Assembly: GCA_963707505.1 (NCBI GenBank)
Contig: CAVPQB010000003.1
Location: 448,001 to 512,000, forward strand
From: an uncultured Gemmatimonadales bacterium
GTDB lineage: Bacteria > Gemmatimonadota > Gemmatimonadetes > Gemmatimonadales > Gemmatimonadaceae
Length of the DNA stretch: 64,000 bases
Direction: 5' to 3'
How positions within the stretch are numbered: the first letter of the stretch is position 1; every line of letters begins with the position of its first letter. The notes below the pieces were generated by a model. That model saw only the letters and a program-made list of their open reading frames with translations. It ran no database searches and was not told the origin of the DNA. The position numbers and the translations under genes are program-made. Shown here one piece after another: positions 1-9,843 of the stretch.

Positions 1-1420
1 GCAAGCTTCCGCTCGAGAGTGGTGAGCGCCGTCGCGAGCCCGCGTCGCTTCTCTTCCAGGGTCGATACGCCAACCGGAATTGCGGCAAGTTGATCTTCGC
101 GGTCGCGATAGTACTGGCCGTCCACGCGGAGCGTCTCCAGCTGTTCGCCCAGGTGCGTCACGACAGACCGGAAGTTGGCCCCGAGTACACGGTTGCATGT
201 TGGACAGATGCCCTCTGCACCCAGCTCGACGATACTGTCGTGTTGCTCCTTGACGTCGGCGTACTGGCGGCGCAGCTCCTGCAGCTTCGTCTCCGCTTCC
301 TGTTTGTCGCGTACCCATTCCGTGCGCAGCGTTTCGAGTGTCTCGGACGTCTCCTCGAACTGAGCACGGGCTTGCTCCAGCTCGAGCGTCACAGCCTCTT
401 CCAGAGCCGGTGCCGTTTCGAGTCTTCCCAGCCGCTCGCGCAGGCGAGTCAGCTCATCAGCGAGTGCACGCTCGTTTTCCATGAGTGCGAGCCGCCTGCC
501 TTGCTGCCGGAAAAGATCGTCCAGACCGAGCAGCTCTTGACGCAGAGCAGAGAGCGGCGCAATTGCCGTGCGTAGCGTCGCCAACTCCTCGTGCACGGTC
601 GCGATCGCGATCAGTTCCGAAGCGAGGCGCTCTCCATCTCTCGTGAGATCCGGCAACCTCGCGCTCGACAATCGTTATCTCGGCGAGCAGTCGTTGCCAC
701 TGCTCGCGCTCGCGCTGCGCCTGTTCCCACAAAGGCGTCACACGTCGCAGCTCTCGCGAGCGCAATCGAGTGACGCGTCCCGGCTTCGTTCGAGCGCGCG
801 ATCGCATCCTGCAGACTTGCGGCTGCCACCGACAACGCGCCGGTGATAGCCTCGGGTTCGGGCATCGCCGAGCGGAGTCCCGCGATCTCGGCGCCGATGC
901 GCCTGCGTGACTCGCGAGCGATTTCCTGCGCGGCGCGCAATCGCTCGTAGCCCAGAACTCGCGACAGGAACTGTGCACGCTCGGTGGTGCCCATCGCCGC
1001 CATTACGGCGAGATCCTTCTGACCGGTGAAGTACGTATTGAAGAATTCGCCGCGCGACATACCCAGGCGTCGCGCGACCAGCTCGTTCACACCGCTGATG
1101 GAATTGGCGACAGCAGATTCGGCTCCGTCCAGATACAGCGATGCAGTCGTGAGCCCGCGCTTCACTCTGTAACGATGTCCACCAAGCTCGAAATCGAGCT
1201 CGACCTCGACGGGCGCACGTGGACCCGCGCCAAGGAACCGGACTCCGTCCCGTTGACCACGGATCGCCGGTTGGCCGTACAGTGCCCACGCGATTGCTTC
1301 GAGCACCGTCGTCTTGCCTGAGCCGTTTGGTCCAATGATCGCCGTTATGCCGCGATCGAACGTCATCTCGGTCCGCACGTGCTGCCGGAAGTTCTGCATG
1401 CGCAGACTGTTGATCTTCAC
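1..1420 (-). CDS. sbcC: Rad50/SbcC SMC-family ATPase, N-terminal part (runs off the window start; frameshifted near 620-760)
   Basis: MKINSLRMQNFRQH start, Walker A GPNGSGKT, Q-loop region YFTGQKD, then coiled coil continuing in the neighbouring frame (WEQAQREREQWQRLLAEI). GTG start overlaps the sbcD stop. Confidence 0.92.
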
Positions 1421-2620
1421 AGCGAGTCGCTCTCAGGGATGGCGGTCGCCGCAGCATCAGCCTTGTTCAGATACTCCATGCCGAGTGACACGAATGCAGC
1501 ACGATCGATCTCCGCGGAAATCGGTCGTGATTCAAGCTTGTCGCGCAATATCTCCGGCAATGATGGGCGTCTTCCCGGCGCTCCGCTCGCACTGCGAAGC
1601 ACGAGCTCCGGCCGCCGCACGTCGAGATTGAAGTGCAATGCACGCCGCTTCATGTCGCGCACAGCCTTCGGGTCCATCTGACGCGCGATGTGGCGCGGCA
1701 CGTTGGTGATTACGAGCCGTGCGACGTTGTCATCTATGGGCACGCGCGAATTATCTACTCGTTCGCCAATTGCCTCGTCGAGTTCCCGCGCCGGTCATTG
1801 ACGTGCCATCGAGTCGCGGAAGATCCACCAGCGGCCGGGCGACAGTGAGGGGATGAAAGGTGTGGGTTGCTGTATCGAGATTCCATTCGATGATCCCCTT
1901 TCCACCGCGCACCGGATCGTGCAATCCGGCGGCCCGCTCCTCGTGGATCTCACCCCAGGGATTGGCGCTGGTGTAATCGATCGAACCAGCGTAATACGCG
2001 TTCGGCGCCACCTCGCGGTGAACGTGATAGTGACCGAGGGCCACGTAGTCCCAGCGTGTTGGCTCGATCTGCTCCTTGCTGATCTCGACGCTGGACCGCT
2101 CCATACGCCGCGCGTAATCCGGCAGTACGCCCTCCACCTCGCCGTGCAACAGCAGAATATTCCGCCGCGCCGCCGGATCGGGTGTAAGCGCCGGAACGCC
2201 GCTCGGCATGTCCGGTACCGCCAGAATCGAGACGCCCTGTTCCGGAAATTCCAGTCGCTGTGCATCACCTTCAACGACGGTGATTCCCAGCGGCGTGAAG
2301 AGGCGAAGAATGCAACCGGTTTCCGCAGTGCGCGGGGTGTCGTGATTTCCAGCGACCATCACTACCTTCGCATCCGGCAACGACGAGACAAGACGCGCGA
2401 ATTGCAGGAATGCGTGGAGGATCGCAGGATTGGACGGACGCACCGAGTGAAACACGTCACCCGCGATGAGAACGAAGTCGGGACGCAACTCGATAGTCCG
2501 GTCGATCGCCCGCTTGAACGTGCCGGCGATGTCGGCTTCACGCTGATTGATCCCGGCGGGAGTCAATCGCTGATACTGCCGATACCCGATGTGAAGATCG
2601 GCGAGATGGACCAGCCGCAT
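1417..2620 (-). CDS. sbcD: Mre11/SbcD metallophosphoesterase nuclease (frameshift near 1750-1790)
   Basis: Phosphoesterase motifs HLADLHIG, AGDVFH, AGNHD, LLHG, ALGHYH, YAGS in ORF 1751-2620; C-terminal part is ORF 1417-1743. Confidence 0.93.
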
Positions 2621-2625
2621 TGCGC

Positions 2626-3417
2626 TCAGTTCCCCACCAATTCCATGAGCGACTGGATGATGCGCATGCGCGCATGGATCGGCGGCCGTCCCAACGGATG
2701 CACGTCCGACACCACGCTCACGACCATCTGCGAATCGGTAATCCAGCCCAGGCGGCGGTCCACCTGCATCGTGCCCTCGATTGTGCCGAAGGTTTTACCC
2801 ACGGTTCCGGCTCCGTCCTGAGCATGATCGTGCGTGACGGCCCCGTGGAAAGATACGTAGGCTACCGCGCCGCGCCCGGCCAGTGAGTCCAGACGGAATG
2901 TGGTACGGACGTCCGCGGTGCTCGGCCCGCTGGTGCTGAGCGGCACCCGCATGTCGCGTACCCACGTGTGGCCGACCGCAACCGGGTGCGGAGGAAGCAT
3001 CGACGGCATCTGTGTTCCAACCCCGAAAACGTCGCCGGTCCCGCTGCCGACATTCATTCCGCCACTCTCATCCACGCGCAGGCGAACGGTCCGGCCTTCC
3101 AGCGCACGCTGAGCCTCGCGAAGCGGCCTCAGTGCAACGTTCGACGGAAAGACCCGCACGGAGTCGGTCACTGAAAGAAGATCGGTGTATCCGTGCGCCC
3201 GCTGCAGCACTATGGCCCGCGTCCATACCCGCATCTCTCCCGACATGGTTTCGGGCGGATCGCCCGACTCCATCTCGAATCGCTGCTCCAGCTGCATGCG
3301 CAACGTGTCTCCCGCGGGCGGAGCGATCTTCAGTGTAACGGTCTGAGCCAGCAACGGCGCGGCTGTCAGTCCGCACACCAGGAAAAGTGGTATCAATCCA
3401 CCCACTCTGCGGATCAC
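2626..3417 (-). CDS. Hypothetical exported beta-rich protein (DUF6263-like)
   Basis: Intact 263-aa ORF with signal peptide (MIRRVGGLIPLFLVCGLTAAPLLA-Q) and alternating beta-strand pattern; only 3-5 bp from herA and sbcD. Family label is by resemblance only. Confidence 0.6.
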   Translation of the reverse strand: MIRRVGGLIPLFLVCGLTAAPLLAQTVTLKIAPPAGDTLRMQLEQRFEMESGDPPETMSGEMRVWTRAIVLQRAHGYTDLLSVTDSVRVFPSNVALRPLREAQRALEGRTVRLRVDESGGMNVGSGTGDVFGVGTQMPSMLPPHPVAVGHTWVRDMRVPLSTSGPSTADVRTTFRLDSLAGRGAVAYVSFHGAVTHDHAQDGAGTVGKTFGTIEGTMQVDRRLGWITDSQMVVSVVSDVHPLGRPPIHARMRIIQSLMELVGN

Positions 3418-3420
3418 CTG

Positions 3421-5378
3421 TCAGGCTCCGTATGGATCGTCGTTCGGTGCGCCGCGAAGCGCGGCCACTTGCGGCCGCTGCTGCACGGACTGCGTGATTC
3501 GCTTTGGCAACCGCGCGCGGAAGGTGCCGAGCACGTCCGCTGGTCGTTCCTTGAGAGTCACTGCGAGCGCGCGAAGCACGTCGCCCTCGTCGTGCAACCC
3601 GATCGCGTCTTCCACTGCCTGTAGCGTGATCGCCGAATCGCGCACACGGAGCGAGCGGTATACCGCCGCTTCCAGCGACACCTCTCCGCCTTGCGGATAT
3701 TGCTCAGCGCCCGAGGCGACCAGCCATGACCGCCGGCCGCGGGAATCGCACGAATATCGGCTGCGTGAAATGCGGATGCCGAATCATCAACTGCCCCTTC
3801 TCCAGCGTCGCGAGCTTGGTCCGCGTCGCAGGCGAAAGCACCGCGTAACCCGGTGCACGTCAACTCGTCCGCATCCATTCGTCCGAACACCGAGCGTGCC
3901 CGAATTTCCCACGACTCGGCGGTGCACCTGCGATCTGAACTGCTGCGCGCTGAACAGCACCAGGCCCAGATACCGCCCTCGCTCGGCGATGTCCAGCAGC
4001 ATTTTCCGGACGTACGTGTCGGGACCATCGCCCGGCGCGTACTTGTTCAGCTCGTCGACGAACACCACTACATGCTTGACGCCCAGGTCGCGTCGCTCCA
4101 GATGCTCGCGCAGCTTGGAGACGATGCGCGCAAAGATGAGATCCTGCGCATCTTCCTCGAGATTTGCGACGTCCACCACATACATCGCGCGATCCTCGAA
4201 GCTCTCCGAATGGTAGATCGCTCACGGGTCCGGAATCAGTCACCAGCCCTGCACATCGCGTCGATATGTTCGACAGCCGGTTACGAACCTTGCGGATCGT
4301 CGCAACGTGATGCGTGCGCCAGCTCTCCTTGTTTCCGTTTTCGAGTCCGCGCAATACGTCGCGGAACCAGTCCTCCAGATCTGCAAACGACTGCACGACG
4401 TGCGGCCGCGCGAGCATGCGGATCGGTGAATGCTCTGATCTATGACGCTCGCGTTATGAAATCGATCAGTGCGTCCGCCTTGGCGTCGATGTCGTCCCGG
4501 TTGAGCAACACCTCGGCGTACTGCAACACCTCGCGCAATCCCCACGTGAGCGGGGTTACGTTGTGTGCGAGCGCCTCGTTCGAACGCAGACGTGTTGAGA
4601 GCGAAGCCGCGTGCCGAGAAGGGCGCGTAGTACTTGAACGTTCTCGAAACGGCCGCGCCGGAACGCCCATCTTCTCGTACAGCGCCCTGTCGCCATCATC
4701 CAGCTTGCCCGGCAGATCGAGAAAGCAGAGATCCGGCCCCTTCACGTTGAAGCACACCGCCGCAATCGATCCGCGGCTCTCCGGGAAAGTGCGTGAACAA
4801 CGATGCCAGTATCCACTCCACCGCGCTCGTCTTCGTCGCCAGGCCCGATACGCCCGTGATGTTCAGATGCGCAGCCTCCGGCCCGACGAGAAAATCCGCG
4901 TCGAGAAAGATCGTCGCATCCGTCCCGCCAGCGCGATACACGCCGATCGGAATTCCCGTGTGGCTGCCGTCGCGTAGATAACCATCCATTCGCAACGCGA
5001 CGTTGCACGTCTTCTTCCTGCGCGAGAAATACGTCACCCATCGGCACCGGCTGCAGCGGCTCTTCGGGGATCTGTCGCAACACTGCGGCGCTGTAGAGTC
5101 GGATCTCCGCTCGCTCCGCCGATGCGAATCCCGCGAGCGTCGGCGCGCCATCATGCCCCAGCACGTCGTGCATCGGCGTGAGCAGATCGGTGTAGCTGAA
5201 ACCCTCGTCGACGATTCCGTAGATGTGCGGAATCTGCCCGTCCACCGGACGGCGCCCATCCACGCGCACTATCGTCCCGATGCCAACCGGCGAATCCAGC
5301 GCTGTCCAGAAATGAAATTCGTGCGGCGTGTTTGGCTTCCGCTCCGTCGCGACTACCCGTTCCAAGTGTTTCGGTCAC
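3421..5378 (-). CDS. herA: HerA-family (FtsK/HerA) ATPase/helicase with N-terminal HAS-barrel; several frameshifts
   Basis: Joined from ORFs 4742-5365, 4696-5259, 4440-4757, 3860-4417, 3787-4185 and 3421-3681. N-terminus (M)TETLGRVVATERKP, variant Walker A HLNITGVSGLATKTS, FNVKGPDL, Walker B VVFVDELNKYAP, ERGRYLGLVLFSAQQ. GTG at 5378 overlaps the nurA stop. Confidence 0.85.
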
Positions 5379-6335
5379 GCTATTGCTCGCAGAAACTGCT
5401 TCGCAGTCGCGAATCCCATATGCCATCCGGTCCCATCGACCGTCGGGCAACGACAGCGGTGTCACTTCGCCAGCACCCAGCGCGAAACTTCATTGGCGCG
5501 ATCCGCAACATCATGCAGTCGGTGACACCTCGATGCGAACAAGTCCGAACATCGCGTCGCGTCCACGTGGATCGCGCAGCCTGAGATACCAGCTGATCAC
5601 AGGACTCCGTCGTTTCGCCGACAATGTGAACACGGAGCTACGCTCCCCTCGCTTGAGCGACATCACCACGTCCAGTGCATCGCCATCGGCGAACAGAGTC
5701 TGATGACTCTTTATGACACCGACCGCACAACTGGCTGACGCGACGCGCCCACTTCCGCTGATTCCGCCGTCGATGAATAACGGCTCAGCGCCATCGGCAC
5801 ACCATAGCTCTGCAAGCTTGCGCTCAGCTTCGTCGCGATCGCGCCCCACACGCTCGAACGCGACCGCGCGCAGTGCCGCTGGGTGACGCGACACCAGCTC
5901 TCTTGCGCCCTCCTCGTGACTCGTGTCAACGATCTCGAATCCGGCCACCTCTGTATGCCCTTCGCATCCGAGCAGCGCCAACGGCATGTACAACCGTCGC
6001 GACACGATCGGCGTGCGATGTCCCCACGTGACGAAACGGCGGTTGACACGAACGCGCACGACTGCCGCGACCGTCCCATCGACTATCGGAATACCATTGC
6101 GATGACATGCGATTCTGGCACGCTGGATTCCGTCCAGAAATCCCGCGAAGCGAACCTCGGGCTCACCAGTTACACGATGCGCACGCAGTCTCTGCCCTTC
6201 TATGCACTGCGCCGGCGCGATGCGCGGCGCTTCGGTATACGCGCCGGAATAGCTCTCGTCAGCCGGCGCGTCCGACTGAACTATCTCGACATCTGGGAGC
6301 AGGGATTGGATCGCTCGCAGAACGTCAATTGACAC
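5375..6335 (-). CDS. nurA: NurA-family nuclease (RNase H-like fold; frameshifts near 5400-5510)
   Basis: Motifs GFLDG, LFIDGG, VGVIKS and C-terminal YGIRDCE (continued in ORF 5151-5465); lies directly upstream of herA. Confidence 0.8.
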
Positions 6336-6603
6336 CGATGTCCCACGCTTGCTCCAGATCACCCTTCGAGTACACTCGGAATGCCGTCAGGGTCTGTGTC
6401 TTCTGCAGACCCGGCGCCGTGGAAACCTCCTCGGTTACCACACGCGCGACGCTTTCAAAGTCGGGAACCTCCACAAGAGCGACGAGATCCCAGTCGCCAC
6501 TCACCGAGTACACGCGCGATACCCCTTCAATCCCGGCCAGCTTGGTGGCACATTGCGGGATCCGCTGCGGGTCGGCCCTCACCAGCACGATGGCGGAGAT
6601 CAT
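6325..6603 (-). CDS. Stand-alone Lrp/AsnC ligand-binding (RAM) domain protein, no HTH
   Basis: 92 aa, MISAIVLV...GIEGVSRVYSVSGDWDLVALV...KTQTLTAF is a typical RAM-domain pattern; overlaps the nurA start. Confidence 0.85.
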   Translation of the reverse strand: MISAIVLVRADPQRIPQCATKLAGIEGVSRVYSVSGDWDLVALVEVPDFESVARVVTEEVSTAPGLQKTQTLTAFRVYSKGDLEQAWDIGVN

Positions 6604-6630
6604 CCCATAACATTACCGAGCGAACACCGA
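6604..6630. promoter_or_regulatory. 27-bp divergent promoter region
   Basis: Minus strand: TAATGT, 6 nt, then ATG (6603). Plus strand: TAACAT at 6608-6613 upstream of ATG 6631. The two -10-like boxes overlap. Confidence 0.5.
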
Positions 6631-8070
6631 ATGGAACAGGCCGAGCGCGGCACGGCTTCACGCAGCCAGAACGTCGTCCACTTTCTCCCGAGGACGACCG
6701 ATGCGCTTGCGCGCGTCATAACGCCCGCTCTCGAGCGCATGGATGTAACACAATCCTCCCTCCAACTCATGGTCGTGACCCCGGACGCCGAGACAGCCGT
6801 GATCGTGGGTGACGTCGTCAGCCAGTTCGCCGGCGCCCAGGGGATCGAAGTCCTCCCAGTCACTTCCGCCAACCGCGCGGCCCGCATGCTCGCCGAGCGT
6901 CCAGTCCACGCCGTCGCAGGCCCCGCAATCGAACTCCAAACGCTCATCCAACGTTCCGCGATCAAGCTCGACGATCTTCGAACGATCGTTCTGGCATGGG
7001 TGGATGATGAGATGGCGGAAACGCCGGCAGCCTTCGCCGCCCTCGAATCGCTCTTTGGCGAGCTCCCAAAGACCGCCACTCGGGTGATGATTGCCCGCCG
7101 CGCCACGCCCAACGCCGAGAAGATCGTCGACGCACACCTCAGAACGGCCAGGCGGATGACGCCGCCCGAAGCCGAGGCCGGCTCGGTTCCTCAGATCTCA
7201 CCCGCGGCACCGTCGGTCCACTACGTCAGCGTCAGCTCTGCATCCCGTCCCGCCGCACTGCGCCGGCTTCTGGACGAGCTCGACCCACCCTCTGCCGCGA
7301 TCGTCGTCCGCGACACAGCCTCCGAAGCAGATGCCGTCCAGACGGTCCGGAGCCTCGGCTACCGCCGCACGGACGACCCCATCAAGATCGCGCGTTACGA
7401 CGCGATTCCTCCCAGCCATACGGTGATTCTGTACGACGCACCGGTGATGCCGAGCGAGATCGCGTCCGCCACGGCAATCGGCCCGGTTCAGATAGTCGCG
7501 CTTGCGACCCCGCGCGACATGATCGCACTGCACGAGCTGGCGGAGTCACTGCTCCCACTCACACTCGAAGGGCCCGGCTCAGCCGCGCGCTCGCGCGATT
7601 CCAGGCTGCGCGAAGAGCTGGCGATCATACTTTCGCAGGGCGTTGCCACGCGCGAGATGCTGGCGCTGGAGCCGTTGCTCGACCGCTACGATGGAATCGA
7701 GATCGCCGCGGCCGCAGTGCGCTTGCTCGACGTCGAGCGCACACGCCCGGCGTCCGCGCCTCGCCAGCTCCGGCTCGTAGCAGCGGATTCCACGTCTGCG
7801 CCGCCGCGTGAGAATCGCGGAGCCGAGCGCGGCTCGCGTCCGCCCCGCGACCGCGAATTTCGCGGACCACCGCGCGGTGGTCCGCGCCAGGAACGCGGCG
7901 AGCGCAAGGAATGGACGCCACGTCAACCGCGCGAGGGAGGAGGCCCGAACAGCGGCAGCGATCGCCGGGAGCGCAACCTGGGCCGCGGTCCTCGTTCTGG
8001 CGGACCCGGTCGCGACGATCGCGGTCGCCCGAGCGGTCCGCCCCGTCGTCCACGGCCCTCCGAGCGGTAA
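6631..8070 (+). CDS. Degenerate DEAD-box (CsdA/DeaD-like) helicase homolog with R/G/P-rich tail
   Basis: Spacing and hydrophobic pattern follow DEAD-box domains (LMVVTPDAETA = motif Ia; AIKLDDLRTIVLAWVDDEM = motif II region; TVILYDAP; IVALATPRD), but Walker A, DEAD and motif VI are replaced. ORF has no frameshift. Confidence 0.75.
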   Translation: MEQAERGTASRSQNVVHFLPRTTDALARVITPALERMDVTQSSLQLMVVTPDAETAVIVGDVVSQFAGAQGIEVLPVTSANRAARMLAERPVHAVAGPAIELQTLIQRSAIKLDDLRTIVLAWVDDEMAETPAAFAALESLFGELPKTATRVMIARRATPNAEKIVDAHLRTARRMTPPEAEAGSVPQISPAAPSVHYVSVSSASRPAALRRLLDELDPPSAAIVVRDTASEADAVQTVRSLGYRRTDDPIKIARYDAIPPSHTVILYDAPVMPSEIASATAIGPVQIVALATPRDMIALHELAESLLPLTLEGPGSAARSRDSRLREELAIILSQGVATREMLALEPLLDRYDGIEIAAAAVRLLDVERTRPASAPRQLRLVAADSTSAPPRENRGAERGSRPPRDREFRGPPRGGPRQERGERKEWTPRQPREGGGPNSGSDRRERNLGRGPRSGGPGRDDRGRPSGPPRRPRPSER

Positions 8071-8076
8071 CGCCGA

Positions 8077-8688
8077 GTGGGCGTCGCATACCAGCATACC
8101 GGCGGCTGGATCGAGGTGGTCGCCGGCGTCATGTTCAGTGGCAAGAGCGAGGAGCTCATCCGCCGAATCCGACGTGCACTCATTGCACGGAAGCGCGTCC
8201 AGGTATTCAAGTCGCGCCTGGACGAGCGGTATGCCGGAATAAATGCCGTCTCGAGCCACGACGGGCGTACAGTCGAGGCGATTCCTGTGGATACGTCCGC
8301 ACAGATCGCGCAACGACTGGATCCCACGGCGCAGGTGATCGGGATAGATGAAGCGCAGTTTCTCGATCCAGGAATCATCACACTCGTTACGACGCTCGCT
8401 GAAACCGGCCGGCGCGTAATAATTGCCGGCACCGATACCGACTTCCGGGGCGAGCCGTTTGGCGCGATGCCGCAGCTCATGGCGATCGCGGAGAGCGTGG
8501 ACAAGCTCCATGCGATCTGTGTGCTCTGCGGCGGCCCCGCAACACGCAATCAGCGACTTATCGACGGGAAGCCCGCGCCGTACGAGAGTCCACAGATCAT
8601 GGTCGGCGCTGCGGACAGGTACGAAGCACGGTGCAGAATGTGCCACAGCGTGCCGCGGATAGACGCCGCGCAGGTGCGCATGTTCTAA
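8077..8688 (+). CDS. tdk: Thymidine kinase
   Basis: [12 protein letters not shown]-loop, [16 protein letters not shown], Zn site CVLC...RCRMCH. Confidence 0.97.
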   Translation: MGVAYQHTGGWIEVVAGVMFSGKSEELIRRIRRALIARKRVQVFKSRLDERYAGINAVSSHDGRTVEAIPVDTSAQIAQRLDPTAQVIGIDEAQFLDPGIITLVTTLAETGRRVIIAGTDTDFRGEPFGAMPQLMAIAESVDKLHAICVLCGGPATRNQRLIDGKPAPYESPQIMVGAADRYEARCRMCHSVPRIDAAQVRMF

Positions 8689-8792
8689 AGCCGTTCCGAT
8701 GTGATGTCGAGGCAGCGCGATAGGTCGCGCTGCGAGTCCATTACCGGAACGGTGCTTGCTTTGGCGACCTCCATCACCAATCGGGGGAACGC

Positions 8793-9773
8793 ATGCCGAC
8801 GAAGAGCAGCAGGACCAACCGCACCCAACGGAAAACAGCATCGAGCTCTGGTGCGAACGCCGCGACTCCCTCGCGTTCGCGCCAATCTGCGAGGGAAGTA
8901 CGGCACACCGACAGCTATCCAACGCCGCCGCTCCCGCCACAGCATCAGGACTCCCCCGGTCTCGAGTCCCGAGTCCATCCACGCCCGCAGTTCCTTGCGC
9001 CTTTATACAAGGGCTCCGGCAAGTTGCAGGACAAGACCGCCATCATAACTGGTGGCGACTCGGGTATTGGCCGTTCCGTTTCGGTGTTGTTCGCGCGTGA
9101 AGGTGCCGACGTAGCGATCATCTTCCTGCCGCAGGAGCAGAGCGACGCCGAAGAAACAGCGCGCGCCATCGAGGCCGAAGGCCGGCGCGCGCTCCTGATT
9201 CCGGGCGACGTCACCGATCCCAGGTTCTGCGTCGACGCCGTAAAGCGTACAATCGCGACATTCGGCAAGCTCGACGTGCTCGTGAACAACGCCGGCTATC
9301 AGAAAAACCAGAAGTCACTCGACGACGTGACCGAGGAACAGTGGGACCGCACCTTCCGCACGAACATTTACGGTTACTTCCACATGGTGAAGGCAGCGGT
9401 CCCGAAGATGAAGGCTGGCAGCGCGATAGTTAATACCGGCTCGATAACAGGTCTCGAGGGAGAGAAAACGCTGCTCGATTATTCGGCGACCAAGGGCGCG
9501 ATCCACGCCTTTACCAAGACGCTTGCGCAGATGCTCACAGCAAAAAAGATTCGGGTCAACGCAGTAGCGCCGGGTCCTGTGTGGACACCACTCAATCCAT
9601 CAGCGCAGCCGGCAAGCAAGGTCAGCAAATTCGGAGCGGACGTCGCCTTCGGACGACCGGGTCAACCGGAAGAACTTGCGCCAGCATACGTCTTTCTCGC
9701 GTCGAACATCACGTCCAGCTACATAAGCGGAGTGATACTCCCCGTCCTTGGCGGCGACACGATCGCGGGTTGA
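8793..9773 (+). CDS. SDR oxidoreductase (YghA/YhdF-like general stress type)
   Basis: YKGSGKLQDK, TGGDSGIG, NNAG, YSATK, VAPGPVWTPL. Confidence 0.93.
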   Translation: MPTKSSRTNRTQRKTASSSGANAATPSRSRQSAREVRHTDSYPTPPLPPQHQDSPGLESRVHPRPQFLAPLYKGSGKLQDKTAIITGGDSGIGRSVSVLFAREGADVAIIFLPQEQSDAEETARAIEAEGRRALLIPGDVTDPRFCVDAVKRTIATFGKLDVLVNNAGYQKNQKSLDDVTEEQWDRTFRTNIYGYFHMVKAAVPKMKAGSAIVNTGSITGLEGEKTLLDYSATKGAIHAFTKTLAQMLTAKKIRVNAVAPGPVWTPLNPSAQPASKVSKFGADVAFGRPGQPEELAPAYVFLASNITSSYISGVILPVLGGDTIAG

Positions 9774-9788
9774 GCAACATCGCCAAAC

Positions 9789-9822
9789 AAGAACGGTCCC
9801 GATATCAACCGGGACCGTTCTT
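9789..9822. terminator. Bidirectional hairpin between convergent genes
   Basis: AAGAACGGTCCC-N10-GGGACCGTTCTT perfect stem between the SDR and pilX stops. Confidence 0.75.
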
Positions 9823-9843
9823 CACTATCACGCTTTCTGATAA

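Noticed and set aside
3421..5378. herA, accA, metG, pdh and transporter genes as pseudogenes or programmed frameshifts
   Set aside because: Essential genes are hit equally, motifs are intact and I saw no consistent slippery sites; sequencing error is the simpler explanation.
3421..6335. HerA as part of a Sir2-HerA or DUF4297-HerA anti-phage system
   Set aside because: The partner is NurA-like, and the context is mre11-rad50 among housekeeping genes with no defence-island or mobility markers.
6349..6630. N-terminal extension of the 573-aa ORF
   Set aside because: It overlaps the RAM-domain gene on the opposite strand; helicase-like similarity begins only after ATG 6631.
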